Shown in pieces: positions 1 to 11,600 of a stretch of 24,073 bases of DNA; the first letter of the stretch is position 1, and the number at the start of each line of letters is the position of its first letter. The stretch lies in the NCBI GenBank assembly GCA_963770835.1, contig CAVYRH010000009.1:1-24073 (forward strand). Reading direction: 5' to 3'. The notes beneath the pieces were generated by a model. It had not been told where the DNA came from. It did no database searches and worked only from the letters and a program-made list of their open reading frames with translations. Origin of the DNA: an uncultured Pseudomonadota bacterium (GTDB lineage Bacteria; Oederibacteriota; Muellerivitia; Muellerivitales; Muellerivitaceae). Both the position numbers and the translations under genes were made by a program.

Positions 1-161
1 AGGACAAAAACATTAATTCCCCGGTAGCGCTTCTTGGTCGCGGCGTTGACCGGCAGGGGGAGCCCCCGCCCCTGCTTCCAGGGCTTCTCCCAGGGCGTGA
101 CTCCCTTCTCCAAGTCCTCCAAGATCCGGCTGGTGATTTCCTCGGCGATGTTGCGTTTCAT
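1..161 (-). CDS. ardC: ArdC-like antirestriction / ssDNA-binding protein (N-terminal part, truncated by the window edge)
   Basis: Not in the ORF track. Manual translation from ATG 161 (RBS GGAGG upstream) gives MKRNIAEEITSRILEDLEKGVTPWEKPWKQGRGLPLPVNAATKKRYRGINVFV, matching the ArdC N-terminal pattern IT..I...LE.G..PW.KPW...P.N..T...YRGIN. Confidence 0.9.
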   Translation of the reverse strand, partial: MKRNIAEEITSRILEDLEKGVTPWEKPWKQGRGLPLPVNAATKKRYRGINVFV

Positions 162-173
162 AGGTCTGCCTCC

Positions 174-405
174 TTATGCGATTGAGTGAACAAGCTTTTG
201 AAAAACGAAAAACTCCATCGGGTTCATGGCGCATCCCACCGCTTCCAGGAATTCGCCCTCGGTCAAGCCGTCCTTCACGTCCACCATGGCCAAGGTTTCC
301 AGGTCCTCGATCTCGTAAAAGAAGAACCCTTCCGTCCCTTCCAAAGTGGATTTCATACCGGCCCAAGACCTTGAACTTCCCGACCTGAAAAGATGGATGC
401 GCCAT
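174..405 (-). CDS. Small acidic hypothetical protein, probably frameshifted or starting at ATG 356
   Basis: RBS GGAGG + ATG 405 opens MAHPSFQVGKFKVLGRY. The protein-like C-terminus (EGFFFYEIEDLETLAMVDVKDGLTEGEFLE...SIA*) is in another frame and ends at 174, next to the ardC RBS. Confidence 0.55.
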
Positions 406-414
406 AACCCCTCC

Positions 415-564
415 TTAAAACCCCCAACCTTCCTCAAGCTTCTTGAGAACCAGGTCGATCTCCTCGTCCGTGACCTTCCAGCCCCCGGCTTGTATTCCCT
501 TGATCGGCGGTCCCTGGGGCTCCAGGCCCTCCAAGTTCCCTTCCTGCTTCGTGTCCTGTTCCAT
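415..564 (-). CDS. 49-aa acidic hypothetical protein, first gene of the ardC operon
   Basis: Manual translation MEQDTKQEGNLEGLEPQGPPIKGIQAGGWKVTDEEIDLVLKKLEEGWGF*. It has a G-rich RBS, and its stop abuts the RBS of the next gene. Confidence 0.55.
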   Translation of the reverse strand: MEQDTKQEGNLEGLEPQGPPIKGIQAGGWKVTDEEIDLVLKKLEEGWGF

Positions 565-615
565 CCCCCATCACCCCCTTTTTTTTTTTTGAAGGCTTTG
601 CGCCTTTAAAAAACC

Positions 616-841
616 GCCTTCCCCCTCCCCCCTCACAAGCCAAGGGGGGAGGGGAAGGCAAAGCGGGAGTTTTGGGAGTTCGTGCTTGGAAGAAAGCGGA
701 AACGAACGGAAGGAAAAAAAGAAAGGCCACCCCTCGCTTTTGTGACAGCCGCTTTTTGGCTGGCGCAAAAGTTGCCTTTCGCAAGGGTGGCCGTGAAATG
801 GAGAAAAGCCGTATTGGGCCTCGGGACGGACTCCCGAAACT
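616..841 (-). promoter_or_regulatory. Highly structured leader upstream of the ardC operon (candidate ssDNA promoter, Frpo/CUP-like)
   Basis: Inverted repeats at 616-633/643-659, 737-750/758-771, 725-732/785-792 (GGCCACCC/GGGTGGCC) and 668-680/829-841; the last three are nested. Confidence 0.55.
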
Positions 842-1314
842 GTCCATCGTCCTAAGTCCTGAACTACCGGACCTCTATGTCTGCTTGATTGGGTTTGCTG
901 CTGAACTTCAGGAAGGAACTACACCTAAGATCCACTACGAAGGTTCAAACGAATCCCCGATACCCGAAGGCGCTTTTCCCAACGGCAAACCGAGGCGGTT
1001 TTGTTATGTCACGCCGAAATTTGCCGGTGGGAAAAGGCTTACTGAGGACTCAAACCTCCCTTCCATTTATCGGCGACCTGCCAGGGCCGCATTTGTCCGT
1101 GGCCCAGGCGGGGAGACGCCATCGGGGAGGGCCAATCCGAAAACCCCTCCCCGGCTTGTGGCCTCCAAAATTCCATCCCCCGAAGGGCTAAAAAAGTTTG
1201 GCTGGCTAGCAAGACGGGGAGGGGGCTTTCGGCTTGGTGGGGTCCCCAAAGGAAAATGGATGGGAAGCGTCTCCCTAAACCTTCGATCACTTCAAGCAAG
1301 GTTTTGGAGGTTCA

Positions 1315-1449
1315 AGGGGGGTACTTCCCCCTTGTCGGGGTTTGGGGACAACGTCCCCGAGGAAAGGGGTGGGCCTGGACGCCCGTGATTTTCGGGCGGC
1401 TCGGCCCAGGGGGAAGGCCCACGCTCCAAGGCGCTTTTCCTTGGAGCGT
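1315..1449. repeat. Cluster of GC-rich hairpins
   Basis: GGGGAC-AAC-GTCCCC (~1344-1358), GCCCG-N7-CGGGC (1381-1397), and a perfect 11-bp stem ACGCTCCAAGG-N7-CCTTGGAGCGT (1421-1449). Confidence 0.7.
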
Positions 1450-1511
1450 TCCCCCCTTAAACATGACTTTCTTTTATCTTCCTCCGCCCTTTGTGTTAAA
1501 TTCCCTTGGGT

Positions 1512-1829
1512 ATGGAAAACCAAAGGGATATTAAATCCATGTTCAATCCTCTTAAAAACAGGGTCCTGGCGGCCAACCTCTTTTGCGTGTTGACCGTCTG
1601 TATTTCCGGCACTTTCCTTTTCCCCATAACTCTTCCCCACCTCATTGGTTTACAGGCCGTTCTTTTCCCGACCACCAACTATTCGCTATGGGTCTTGTAT
1701 TCAGGTAAAGCCGCCGTCAACGATCCCAACCGTCCCAAAATCATCCGGCTATTCCTGGTATTGGGGCTAGGTGGGATGTTTTTTTGCCTGCTTCTTGAGG
1801 TCCTACTTTTATCCGTCAAAACCGTTTAA
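1512..1829 (+). CDS. Small membrane protein (about 3 TM segments)
   Basis: Hydrophobic stretches VLAANLFCVLTVCISGTFLF, LIGLQAVLF..YSLWVLY and LFLVLGLGGMFFCLLLEVLLL. Start could be 1512 or 1539. Confidence 0.55.
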   Translation: MENQRDIKSMFNPLKNRVLAANLFCVLTVCISGTFLFPITLPHLIGLQAVLFPTTNYSLWVLYSGKAAVNDPNRPKIIRLFLVLGLGGMFFCLLLEVLLLSVKTV

Positions 1830-1853
1830 GAAACACACTCCCCACGGGTGACC

Positions 1854-1894
1854 GGAACCAGGCTTCCTGGGGGTTTTCCAGGAAGCTTGGTTCC
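1854..1894. repeat. 17-bp inverted repeat (possible terminator or protein-binding site)
   Basis: GGAACCAGGCTTCCTGG-GGGTTTT-CCAGGAAGCTTGGTTCC with one G-T wobble, 25 bp after the stop of the membrane-protein ORF. Confidence 0.75.
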
Positions 1895-2164
1895 AGGGAC
1901 TTCCAGGTTTTGTCTTTGCCGTTGGTTCCTCATACCCGCACCCTACACCAGCAACCCCGCCGTTTCCTCCTACCACCCAACCCCTTCACTCACCACCCAA
2001 CACTCACGAATCCACCTAAGGTTTGCTTTACCTAGAACCCCATCGAATACCCCTGCCACCTCCATACCGTCCTACCACTTCGGTTTTCTATGTTTGCTTT
2101 TGCCTTTTTTACTGTCCTTACCAATCTTCAATACGCATCAAGTCCTTGTCCTTGATACTTTTAG

Positions 2165-2259
2165 GTTTTTCCTCGCGGAGAGGGCGAACCCCCCTATCGC
2201 TTCTAGCATCATCACTTGATGCGTAGATAGGGGGGTTCGCCATCGGAGCGAGGAAAAAC
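2165..2259. repeat. 95-nt long imperfect hairpin
   Basis: Nested stems GTTTTTCCTCGC/GCGAGGAAAAAC, GGCGAACCCCCCTATC/GATAGGGGGGTTCGCC and GCATCA/TGATGC. Confidence 0.85.
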
Positions 2260-2576
2260 AGGCCCATTCAAAGGGAAAACTTTATTTTTGGACTTCCATG
2301 GCGCGGAAGTTTTACTTCCATGGAGCATCGCCAAAACCATTGCCATTCCTTGCTGAAATGATTTCACGAGTGTTTCCCGCCCCGTTTTCTCCTTTGAATT
2401 CATAGCGGGCCGTTCTTCTTGGGCATAGCACACCCTGGCTATCAGCAGGTCGCTTAACCGGGTGGTGTAGTGGGGGGACTGGTACTGGAACAGGGTCCGG
2501 CTGGCCCCCTGTGGGGCCGGTGGCCGCCAACCGGATGGTGCCCAGCCCTCAAGCAAGCAAAGCTTAGTGCCAAATT

Positions 2577-2663
2577 CTACTCGGTCCGAAGGCCCTTTGT
2601 ATTTCGGGAATTGACTATCGTTTCGGAATACATCTGGCGGAGGGTGGCCAGTTGGTCCCCTTC
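2577..2663 (-). pseudogene. 3' fragment of small 'QLxTLRQMY' gene (copy A)
   Basis: Translates EGDQLATLRQMYSETIVNSRNTKGLRTE*. Positions 2627-2646 are identical to 19989-20008. Confidence 0.65.
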
Positions 2664-5600
2664 CTATCGCAGGACGACGATTTTCCCCACACGCATTTCC
2701 TGGGACGAATCGTCATTGACACGCAGGACATAGACATAAAGACCGCTGGCGGTCGACTGGCGGGCGTTGTTTTGGAGATTCCAGACGAGCGTGTTCAATC
2801 CCTGGCTTCCCCCGGCTTGGGCACTGTAAACCTGTTCCCCGGTGAGGGCGAAAAGGCTCAACCTGACTTGCGCGGGTCCGTTCAAGTTCACGAGGAACCG
2901 GATGGGCTGGCCGTTCGTGGAAAGGTTGGGGGCCGCCACAACGGACTGCAACAAGGCGCCACGGGTTGGAACCGGCGTCGGGGTTTCCGTCGGGGTATAG
3001 CCGCCTTCCAGCGATGAGCCCTTGAGCATCGGCATGGCTCCACCCGGTTTCGGCGTGCAAGTCGGCAAAGGCCGGCAGGAAGGCGGCACTCCGCCTGAGG
3101 CCGTCACCAGGTTCCCTTTCAAATAAATGGCGTAATGGCTGTTGGTGGAATAAGTCGAGGTCAGGACACAAGGGCTGTACCAATAGGAGGTTCCCGGCAC
3201 GAAAGGCTGGCTGTCGGACCGGTTGACCAGGGTTTGGAGTCCCACCCAACTGGTCCCTCCGCTCAAGACCGTCGTATCAGTCGTGGAAACGGTCATTTCC
3301 CAGTTCGCCATCTGGGTAGTGGTTGGGCCGCAGGCTGGAGAGAAATTAATTGCCGACATGGACACCCCCGTCAAGTTGTGGGAGCAGGTGGGGTTCCAAA
3401 CGCACCCGCCCGTGGTGATCTGCCCCACCAGGCTCACCCCCGAGGTGTCATAGGGCCAGAATTTGATGGTGATGTCCGAAAGGGTGACGGCGGCCCCGTT
3501 ATTGACGACGGCGAAGAGGTGGTAGACCGAGTTGGAGCCGCAGGAACTGGTGTATTCCTCCAAGAGGGCTAGGGCGGTGTTGTTGGTCCCGCAGGCCGTG
3601 GTGGGGCTGGGCGTTGGCGTGATGGTGGGTGTGAGGGTCTTTGTATAGGTAAAGGTCGGGGTGAAGGTCTTGGTGAACGTGCCCGTGGGGGTGCGGGTGG
3701 GAGTCTTGGTGGCGGTGGAAAGTACCGGAGTGGGTGTCGAAGTTTTGGTATAGGTCGGAGTAATGGTGGCAGTTTTCGTGGCGGTACCCGTAGGAGTACT
3801 TGATGGCGTCGCCGTCAATATATTGGTTGGAGTTTTCGTCGGCGTCGGAGAGGGCGTATTCGAGGGCGTTAACGTGGCGGTTTTGGTGGCTGTCAAAGTC
3901 GCTGTATTGGTGTTTGTGAACGTGTAAGTCGGCGTTTGCGTGTTCGTCATCGTAGCGGTAGATGTGGCGGTATTGGTTGTTGTCGGCGAAGCCGTGTTGG
4001 TAGCTGTGTTAGTCGCTGTGTTGGTGGCAGTAAACGTAGGCGTTGAAGTGGCTGTAAGAGTGGGTGTTAGGGTGGGCGTATTCGTAGACGTGCCCGTAGG
4101 AGTACTTGAGGGCGTAGCCGTCAATGTGTTCGTCGCTGTATTGGTTGTCGTGTTGGTAGGAGTATTCGTCGGTGTATTCGTGGCCGTATAGGTCGCTGTC
4201 AGAGTGGCCGTATTCGTAGCTGTATTGGTTGTTGTCGGCGTAGCCGTATTGGTGGCCGTTTCAGTCGCCGTGTTGGTGGTGGTAGGTGTTGGCGTTGAAG
4301 TAGTTGTTAAGGTTGGCGTATCCGTGGCTGTATAAGTTGAAGTGGAGGTTGCAGTGTTGGTGGCCGTGGAAGTGGCCGTATCCGTCGCCGTCGAAGTCGC
4401 AGTAGAAGTAGCCGTATTGGTGGGGGTCGGCGTTCCCGTATCGGTCGCGGTGTTAGTGGCTGTGGCGGTTGCTGTATTCGTTGGAGTATTGGTGGCCGTG
4501 TTTGTGGCGGTATCCGTTGGGGTGTTTGTGGTCGTTGCCGTATTGGTGGGCGTATCCGTTGCAGTGAGGGTTGCCGTGGAGGTCGGAGTGGCTGTCGGGG
4601 TTGATGTAGGCGTATCTGTCGTTGTTTCAGTAGGAGTATTTGTAGGTGTGTTTGTGGGACTGTTGGTTGTACTGCTGGTCACAGTAAATGTTGGCGTTTG
4701 GGTCGGCGTATACGTTGAAACATATGTTGGCGTGGACGTAGGAGAAAAAGTAGAAGTCTGGGTCGGTGATACAGCGACTGTCGGAATAGGCAGGGTGCAG
4801 AAGTTGTATTGATTCACAAGGTCATTTACCGGGTCCGTTACATACCAAACACCATTCCCAACAGCCACTCCTTCCGATCCGCTGGTGGATGATTCGCCGA
4901 TGGGGACAGCACCCAACAATGATCCATACGTATCAAATAACCCGACTTCCCCAAACCCATCGGACACGTATACAAGTCCAATGGGGTCCACGGCGACGAA
5001 TTCCGCCGTCAGAAGATTTGTCCCATTTGTAACGTCCCATTGCTTTATGAATCCGCCTTGTGGCGAAAAGACCTGGACCAATCCGGTAAGGTCGTCCGTG
5101 GCATAAACATTGCCATTTGCGTCGATAGCAACATCCGTTAAACCGTAAAACTTTCCATTTCCCCCCGCCCCAGTTACGCCCCATTCGTTTTGTAAAACCC
5201 CATGGTAATCAAATACTTGGATGCGATTGATGCCCGATTCGGCCACATATACCTGGCTCGTCCCGCTGTTGACCGCGATACCAACCGGGTTGGGCGATCC
5301 GCCGTTAGGATCGGTGAGGGTCCATTGCGCGGAAAAATTCCAATTGTTATCAAAAATATCCACCTGGTTATTCACTTCATCAGTTACATAGACAAATCCT
5401 CTCGAATCCACCGCGACCCCACGGGGAGCCCCAAATTGGCCTTGGGTGCCCAATTGTGTCACGGAATTCCCCTGGGGATTGAAAATCCTGACTTGACCGT
5501 CCGTATCATCCGCCACGTAAAAATACCCCTGTCCCGGTACAAGATCAGCCGCGATCCCCCATGGTTGGAAACCAAAGTTCCAGGAATTCAAAGGCAGGCA

Positions 5601-8600
5601 GGCGGTGAAGGATGGCGTAGATGTCGGAACCGGTGTGCTGGTAGCCGTGGAGGTGCCCATAGGAGTCGGGGTTGGAACTGGATTTGGTGAACAGGACGAG
5701 AATTCCTCGATAAGGTCATTTCCTGTATCCGACACGTACCACCCACCATTGCCGACCGCCAAACCCTCCGACTCTCCAAAGTTTGGATTTCCACCCTGGG
5801 ATGTACCAAGGACATTTCCATTGGAACTGAATAACCCGACGGCTCCGTTCTCATCGGAGACATAAACCGTCCCATTCGGGTCAACCGCGATAAAGGCGGC
5901 GGTTTGAAGGGCCGTTCCCTGGGTGGCGTCCCACTGCGTCACGGGGCTTCCTTGGTTGGTGAATACCTGGACCAAGTTGGTCCCCTCGTCCGTCACATAA
6001 ACATGCCTGGACGTATCCAAAGCCACTCCAAACGGAACTTCAAAAGTTTCATTCCCTCCCATTCCCTCCGTGCCCCATTGGGTCACAGGGCCGCCTTGTA
6101 AAGTGAATACCTGTATCCTTTGATTTCCCTGATCCACGACAAAGACTTGGCTTCCAACGCTGTCAACCGCTATCCCAACCGGGCCGTTAAATTGTCCGGG
6201 ACTATTTCCTATCATTCCCCAATTGGTGACGGGGCTTCCCTGGCTATTAAATACGGCTATTTGATTCAGTCCCTCGTCCGTCACGTAAACATTTCCACTT
6301 GAATCCAAGGCAATACCAACCGGTGAATCCAATTGTGCCCCGCCGAATTGGGTCACGGAACCGCCGGAAGAAGTAAATTCGTCCACTTGTGCCAAAGCGG
6401 GATCAGCCGCAAAGACGTTCCCATTGGAACCCAGGGCGATTCCCATGGCGAAACCGCCCCAAGAGGCCGACTCGGGACAGTAAACCGGAACGGCGGTCGC
6501 CGTGGGAGTGGGGGTAAAAGTCGGCGTAAAAGTTATCGTCGGCGTGGGTGTCGCTGTAAAGGTGGGCGAGGGGCTGGGAGGGCCAAATGAACAAGCGGCA
6601 AATTCATAAACAGTTTGATTTTCCCCATCCGCAAGGTACCAAACCCCATTACCGGCGGCGATACCCTCCGTAGTCAGGAAAGGTTGTGTACCGCCTTGCC
6701 CGAAATCCTGGACAGTTCCAGTGGATGTAAAGAACCCTACCGAACCGTTTCCGTCGGTCACATAAACCAGGCCATTGTTGTCAACTGAAACGAAATCGGC
6801 GGTAAGTAGTGACGTGCCTTGGGTCACATCCCATTGCGTGACCGGGCTGCCTTGGGAAGTGAAAACGTCGATTTGCGCTGTTGCGCTGTCGGCCACATAG
6901 ACATTTCCCAATCCATCCACAGCCAAACCGGTGGGAGAATTGAGAATCCCGCTTCCCCATTCAGTGACTGACGCGCCTGCGGTGGTGAAGACCTTGACGC
7001 TATGGTCGAAATTGTCCCCTACGTACACATAGGACAATGCGCTGTTGACGGCGATGCCCGACAAGGAATTGTAATTATTCGAAGCGGACGTTTGCCAACT
7101 ATGGACCCGGCCGGGAAATGGGTTGTTGTTGTAAACATAAACCCAATTATTATAAGTATCGGTAATATAAGTAAAATCATTGGAATCCACCGCGATGCCG
7201 AATGGGTTGTACATGAAATAGCCGCCGGCGAATGAAACGACCGGACTCCCGTCCGGTTTGTAAACATCCACTTGGTCATTGCCTTGGTCGATCACGCAAA
7301 TATTTCCATTGGAATAAGTCGCTATTCCCTCGGGAGATAGAACGGACCAGGAATTCGTTTGGGCGCACGGAACCACGGCTAAGGTCGGAGTCGGGGTAAA
7401 GCTGTCCGTGGGTACCGGGGTTTGGGTCGCGGTGGGGGAAGGTGGAATAATAATGTCACCTGGCGAATGCCAAACGTCGTTGAAAAGATTGTTATCATCG
7501 TCGGCTCCCCCGATCATCCACATTAAGTTGTTAAAGACCACGCTTCCCTGGTACATCCTGGGCCCAAAAGACAACGTAGGGGATAAAAGGCTCCAATTGA
7601 CGCCATCCGGCGAATTCCAGAGATCCTGTTGGGCGAGGCCGTCATCCGTACCCCCGCCTCCATCGGCACCGCCAATAGTCCAAATCTGGCCGTTATAGAC
7701 CAGGCTTCCCGCCCCCACATGGTCGGGATAGGCCGCTGCCGCCTGCGGGCTCCAACTGACGCCGTTCGACGAACTCCAAACGTTGTCGAGAACCTCGCAA
7801 AAAGTGTTGCAGTCGAAGGGGGCGCTTTCCATCTCCCACATTTGGCCGTTCAGGGCCACGAGTCCTTGGCCATAATCCGGGTTGGAATTGGGGTTTAAAT
7901 GGGCGTTTGCGGTGGCTTCGGTCCAAGTCACCCCATCGGGGGAACTCCAAACGTCATTGTTCGTGTTATTTTCCAGGGTCTGCCCGTCAATTACCCACAT
8001 CAAATTATTGAAGACTACGCTTCCCTGACGGTTTCTAGCGTTGAACCCGGCGGCAGCGGTCGCCTGAGTCCAGACCACCCCGTCCTCGGAGTACCAAACG
8101 TCGTTGGTGTAGGGGGAAGCCGCGTTGCTTCCGCCGATCACCCACATTTTTCCGTTGAAGACCAATGAGGAATGGTAGGCGCGGCCCCCAAAAGCGGCTT
8201 GGGCGGTCGCTTGGTCCCACTGCGCTCCGTCGGGAGATGACCAAACGTCGTCCAAGTATTGGCCCTTGGAATCCACCCCTCCAATGACCCACATCCTGTT
8301 TTTGAAAACAACGCTGGTATGGCCCTTCCGGGGCAGGAACCCACCGTTAGCAGTGACTTCCACCCAAGTCCCGTAATAATTCGATGTGGGGGTTGGGGTG
8401 GCCGTGAACGTGTCCGTGAAGGTAGGGGTGATGGTTGGCGTATATGTTGGTGTTACGGTCGGCGTGGGGGTTGGGCTAATCACAAGGGGACAGGTTTGGA
8501 ACTCGTCCACTTGATTGTTTCCATTGTCGGCCAAATACCAATTTCCATTTCCTGCCGCTATTCCTTCCGTGCCATTAAAAGACGTGTTATTGGCTCCCTG

Positions 8601-11600
8601 GCTGAAGCCAAGGACATCCCCGGCTTCATCGAAAACACCGACCGTTCCGAAGCCATCCGACACATAAACAAAACCATTGGGCCCAATGGCAATGAATTCG
8701 GCGGTCAAGAGCGGCGTGCCCTGCGTCACATCCCACTGTCCTGTCCAAGAACCGTGGCAAGTAAATTCCTGGACCAGGCCCGTATCGGCGTCCGCGACGA
8801 ATACATTTTCCGAGGAATCCAAGGCGATTCCCGAGGGGGAGCTGAAGGTTCCGTTTCCGGCACTGCCGGGCGTCCCCCACTGGGTGACCGAGGCTCCCAG
8901 GGCGGTAAAAACCTGCACCCTCTGGTTGCCTTGGTCGGCGACAAAAACCCGGTTATGGGCGTTGTCAAAAGCGATCCCGACGGGAACCTCGAATTGCCCC
9001 GCGTTATTGCCCGTGCCGCCCCAATGGGTTACGGACCCCCCTTGGTTATTGAAGACATCGACCTGGTTCTGGAATTCATCCGTCACGTAAACATTTCCTG
9101 CCCCATCCAAGGCCACTCCCATAGGCTGGGCCAGGACCTCCGAACCTATCGGCGATTGGGAAACTCCTTGGGAGTTGAAAACATCCACCTGGCCGTTTGT
9201 ATCATCAGCGACGTAGGCACTTCCCTGGTTGTCCAAGGCGGCCCCATAGGGCTGGGAAACCGCCAGGGTATTCAGCAAGGGGCAGGCAACAATGGTTGGC
9301 GTCGGCGTAAAGGTGCCAACCGGCGTCGGAAGGGCGTTGACGGCGGTAGACCAGACATCGTTCTTGTTTAGCCCATCGTTTCCAAACATTGCGAAAATCT
9401 GGTCGTTCAGCACAACCGCAGAGGCAAAAACCCTGGGGCTGAATGTGGCGGAAAGCGGTGCTGATATCCAATCCACCCCATCCGGGCTGTACCAAACATC
9501 GTTCTGGAGGCCCGAGGCGTCCTGGCCCGCAATGACGAACATCAATCCCCGGTAAACCACGGAGGTATGCCCATACCGGGGGGTAAAGGCAGCGGAGGTC
9601 TTGGCCCTCGTCCAATTCGATCCATCGGAGGAAGACCATACATCGTTGTAAAGGTGGGTGCCGTCCCACCCACCAATGACCCACATCTGGTTGTTAAATA
9701 CCACTGAAGTGTGGTTATACCGTGGGCTCCAGGGGGCGGTGGCATGGTTCCAGTGGGCCCCATCCGAGGAAGACCAAACATCATTCGTGGCGTTCCCCGC
9801 TGAATCCTTGCCGCCAATGACCCAAAGTTCCCCGTTGAAGGAAAGGCTCGTATGCCCGGTTCGACCGCCAAAGGTATTGGCTGATTGGGTAACTGGGTTC
9901 CAGGCAGCCCCGTCAGCAGAATTCCAAACGTCTCCTTCAACCCCCGATGCATCCGTGCCTCCGGTCAGCCACAATTGATTGTTCCAAGCCGCCAAACCAT
10001 GGCCGTACCTTCCGCTGAAGGCCGCCGCCTGTGTCGCGGGTGCCCAATTGGTCCCGTCGGTTGAAACCCACGAGTCATTTAGCAGGGATCCCTGTCCACC
10101 CACAACCACCAATTGGCCGTTGAAATTCACGGCCGACGATTGTTGGCGGGGCTCATTGGTCGCGTTATCCGTGTTCTGGTTGAATTTCTTCATGGGAGCA
10201 ATGGTTGGCGTAAAAGTAAAGGTGGGAGTATTGGTGGGAGTAGCTGTTGGGGTGCTGGTCGGGCTGTTCGTCGGCGTATTGGTTTGCGGGGGGGTCGGTG
10301 TGGGCGCGGCGACCAAATTTGCAAGGAGGGTGAAATTAATGAATCCATCCGCCCCTCCACTTCCGTTAACCCTACCTATTACACGGGCCGAAAGAAATGG
10401 AAAAACAGGAACAATTTTCCCTGTATTGTCCACGGAAGAGAATGAGGATAAAGGCCCCTTTAAGGTGACGCTGGGGCAAATTGTGACCGCCTGTTCACAA
10501 CCTGCGACCGCAACTAAAGGAGAACCACCATTCCCAAGCCCAAAATAGAGGAAACTAATGGGAGTCTCCGATTCCGTAATATCCAATAAACCGTTTCTGG
10601 CGGCCATATAAAGCGTGGATTTATTGACATCCGCGTCTACCGATGGTCGAAAGCCAAAAAGACCTTCGACAGTACTTAGCCCACCACCACCCTGAGCAGA
10701 TGCGGGAAGAAAATCCACATCATCCTCGGTTATTGAAATAAGTTCTACCGGGTTGGTATATCCGTTAAAGGTATAGCTTGAATCCAAACCTCCTTCATAA
10801 TTTCCGGTTACCCCCGAACTGTAAACAAAAGGAACAGTGGCGGGATTGCCGTCATTTGAATATCCATCTGAATCATAAGCATGTCCGACGGCCAAAGTGA
10901 TGGTAGTGCTTGGATCTGCCGTCACTAAACTCGCATCGACAGGAAGCTGGTAAGACATTTGGTTGAGCCAGGAACCGCCGGAACCTAGATTAACTATCGA
11001 TCCATCGGACATAGCGAAATACATGTCTGGATTGTTAGTGGTATCCATAGGGGTGTTGAACCCAAGGGTAATCGTCATAGGTTGATTAGCCGACACACCG
11101 TAGTTGGTTGTAACATTCAAGGTTCGAAGGGTGCTTGGTGCCTGGGGCGCTTCCCAATTGGCGCTATACACCGTGCTTTGTTGGGAAATAGTCACGGATT
11201 GGATGTAAGGAACAAGCGGGCCAAGTTGGAAAACATAGTTTTGATCGGGAGCAGTAGTAATTCCTTGCCCCGCAATAGTTTGACCAGTTACATTGTCATT
11301 CCAAGATCCATTTCTTTGGGTAGCGAGATCGGCAGGATTTGGGTTTATAGGATTACCAAAGATATCTTGGAAACCGCTAATTTGCAGTGTTACAGGTCCA
11401 GATTCGGTGACAGGAAGGATTCCCGGCTGGGAAACAACTATGTATTCGATTCCTTCGTTATTAGCTCCATAATTGCTCCACACCCCTTGGGTCGTAACAG
11501 GGCTGGTTGTTCCATCCGCGAAAAGAAAATCAATAGTGGGCATTAAATTCGGATTTGTTTGAGATGTGGCGGTTTGCGCCATTTGACCATTGAACCCAAA

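Noticed and set aside
672..1388. 238-aa + strand ORF and overlapping ORFs
   Set aside because: Runs through the hairpin-rich region with G/P/R-rich composition and no recognisable motif. A decayed gene in ~840-1100 cannot be excluded.
2165..2259. Hairpin as an integron attC site
   Set aside because: No RYYYAAC/GTTRRRY ends, single copy, and no integron integrase visible.
2212..2556. 114-aa minus-strand ORF downstream of the giant gene
   Set aside because: No clear RBS or motif and it ends inside the long hairpin; possibly a remnant, but not supportable.
3600..4790. Repetitive DNA as a possible CRISPR or tandem array
   Set aside because: No constant repeat-spacer structure; it is degenerate coding sequence for T-x repeats.
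3940..4812. Val-rich + strand ORFs (3940-4191, 4342-4812) and other + strand ORFs within 2652-11546
   Set aside because: Antisense shadows of the Thr-rich and repeat-rich giant gene, with no independent protein signal.
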